Origin: Mobula hypostoma
Lineage: Eukaryota
Reading direction: 5' to 3'
DNA length: 64,000 nt
Assembly (NCBI RefSeq): GCF_963921235.1
Contig: NC_086097.1
Location: 234,176,001-234,240,000 of the forward strand
The notes under the pieces were generated by a model. That model saw only the letters and a list, made by a program, of their open reading frames with translations, did no database searches and was not told the origin of the DNA. Position 1 is the first letter of the stretch. Each line of letters starts with the position of its first letter. This document shows positions 62,970 through 64,000 of this stretch, in pieces. Position numbers and translations under genes: made by a program.

Positions 62970-63470
62970 TAACCTCTTCAGCCATGATGAAGACACTCTC
63001 AGGTGGAGGAACAACATTTCATATTCCACCTGGATAGCTTCCAACATGATGGCATGAACACTGTTTTCTCTTACTTCTGGTAATTTCCCTCTTGTCCTTC
63101 CCTCTTTCCATTCTGCTTTTGGGCTTCCCTCTTACCTCTTTCCTTCTCCTTGCCTGCCTTACTTTTTTTTTCCCATACCCCAGTCTCCTCTCCTATCAGA
63201 TTCCTTCTCCTTCTGCCCTTTACCTCTTCCACCCATCACCTCCCAGCTTCTCACATCAATCCTCCCCTCCACCCACCCACCTTCCCCCTCACCTAGTCTG
63301 ACCTATCACCTGTCAGCTTGTACTCCTTCCTCTCCCCCCAACCTTCGTATTCTGGCCTCTTCTCCCCTTCTTCTCCCGTCCTGATGGAGGGTTTAGGCCC
63401 AAAATGCTGACTGTTCATTCCTCTCCATAGATGCTGCCTGACCTACGGAGCTCCAGCATTTTGTGTGTGA
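62970..63470 (+). mobile_element. Old PLE 3' fragment with degenerate hammerhead (~63377-63412)
   Basis: catgatgaagacactctcaggtggaggaacaacat..gatggcatgaac, pyrimidine-rich UTR, gtcCTGATGGagggtttaggcccAAAATG, terminal gatgctgcctgacct..tgtgtgt. Confidence 0.75.
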
Positions 63471-64000
63471 CAGAATAACCTCAGCGATTTGCACCCTTAC
63501 TGCATGAATGCAAGGTTAGCTGTCGTAATTTTCTTTTGTTTCTCAACACTTCAGAGTGCTTTGAGCTACGGGTTTTTGTGGCTGAAGAGTCTGCACAAAA
63601 TATTGTACTGCTGCAGAAATGACCTGCCACCACATATCAATCAAAAGAAATGTCAAAGAGTTGACTCCTATACCCCTTCAAGCAACAAACTAAACTGCAC
63701 TCTGGGCTCAGGGAAGGACACACACTCTGCGCATCCTTATCGAACAGCAGACGTGATGCTACAGTTCATTACTGGCCGCCTGTTAGATTGGGTCAAGAGG
63801 GCAGGAAGCCTCGTTGGGGCAGCCTGTCGGCACCCAGATGATGGAGGAGTCTGTCAGAAACATCAACACTTTCAAATCATAAGAAGCAGGCATGGTTGTG
63901 ACAGCTGATCATTTGGCTAAAGACTGCAGTAACCTCCCTGCTTCTCCTTCTTCAGGACAGCAGCTCATGTCGAGAAAAGAAATGCATTACTGTGCAAGCC

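Noticed and set aside
62648..63908. ORFs 62648-62944 and 63489-63908 as genes
   Set aside because: Non-ATG starts, no recognisable domain and no convincing splice pair.

Overview
Eukaryotic, repeat-saturated vertebrate DNA. The mix of dense CR1 LINEs, V-SINE/HE1-like SINEs, Neptune-type Penelope-like elements (PLEs), Rex1/Babar, RTE, Nimb and hAT MITEs suggests a cartilaginous fish, probably a ray (inference). No host gene can be called with confidence: only isolated candidate exons are seen, so this is probably a large intron or intergenic DNA. The long ORFs are retroelement ORF fragments. The most notable system is a PLE family whose 3' end carries a minimal hammerhead-ribozyme motif (AGTC-CTGACGA-stem II-GAAACGTC-GACT; about 10 copies, two with an intact core). 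It inserts as size-graded, tail-outward palindromes (116 bp, 183 bp, 244 bp, ~1.6, 2.2 and 2.3 kb), five of them bounded by 12-16 bp target-site duplications (TSDs). These look like MITEs but appear to be made by retrotransposition. Several nested insertions can be resolved to the base through their TSDs, including a solo LTR and a three-level hAT/hAT/PLE nest. Family names come from motif recognition by eye; no database search was run.
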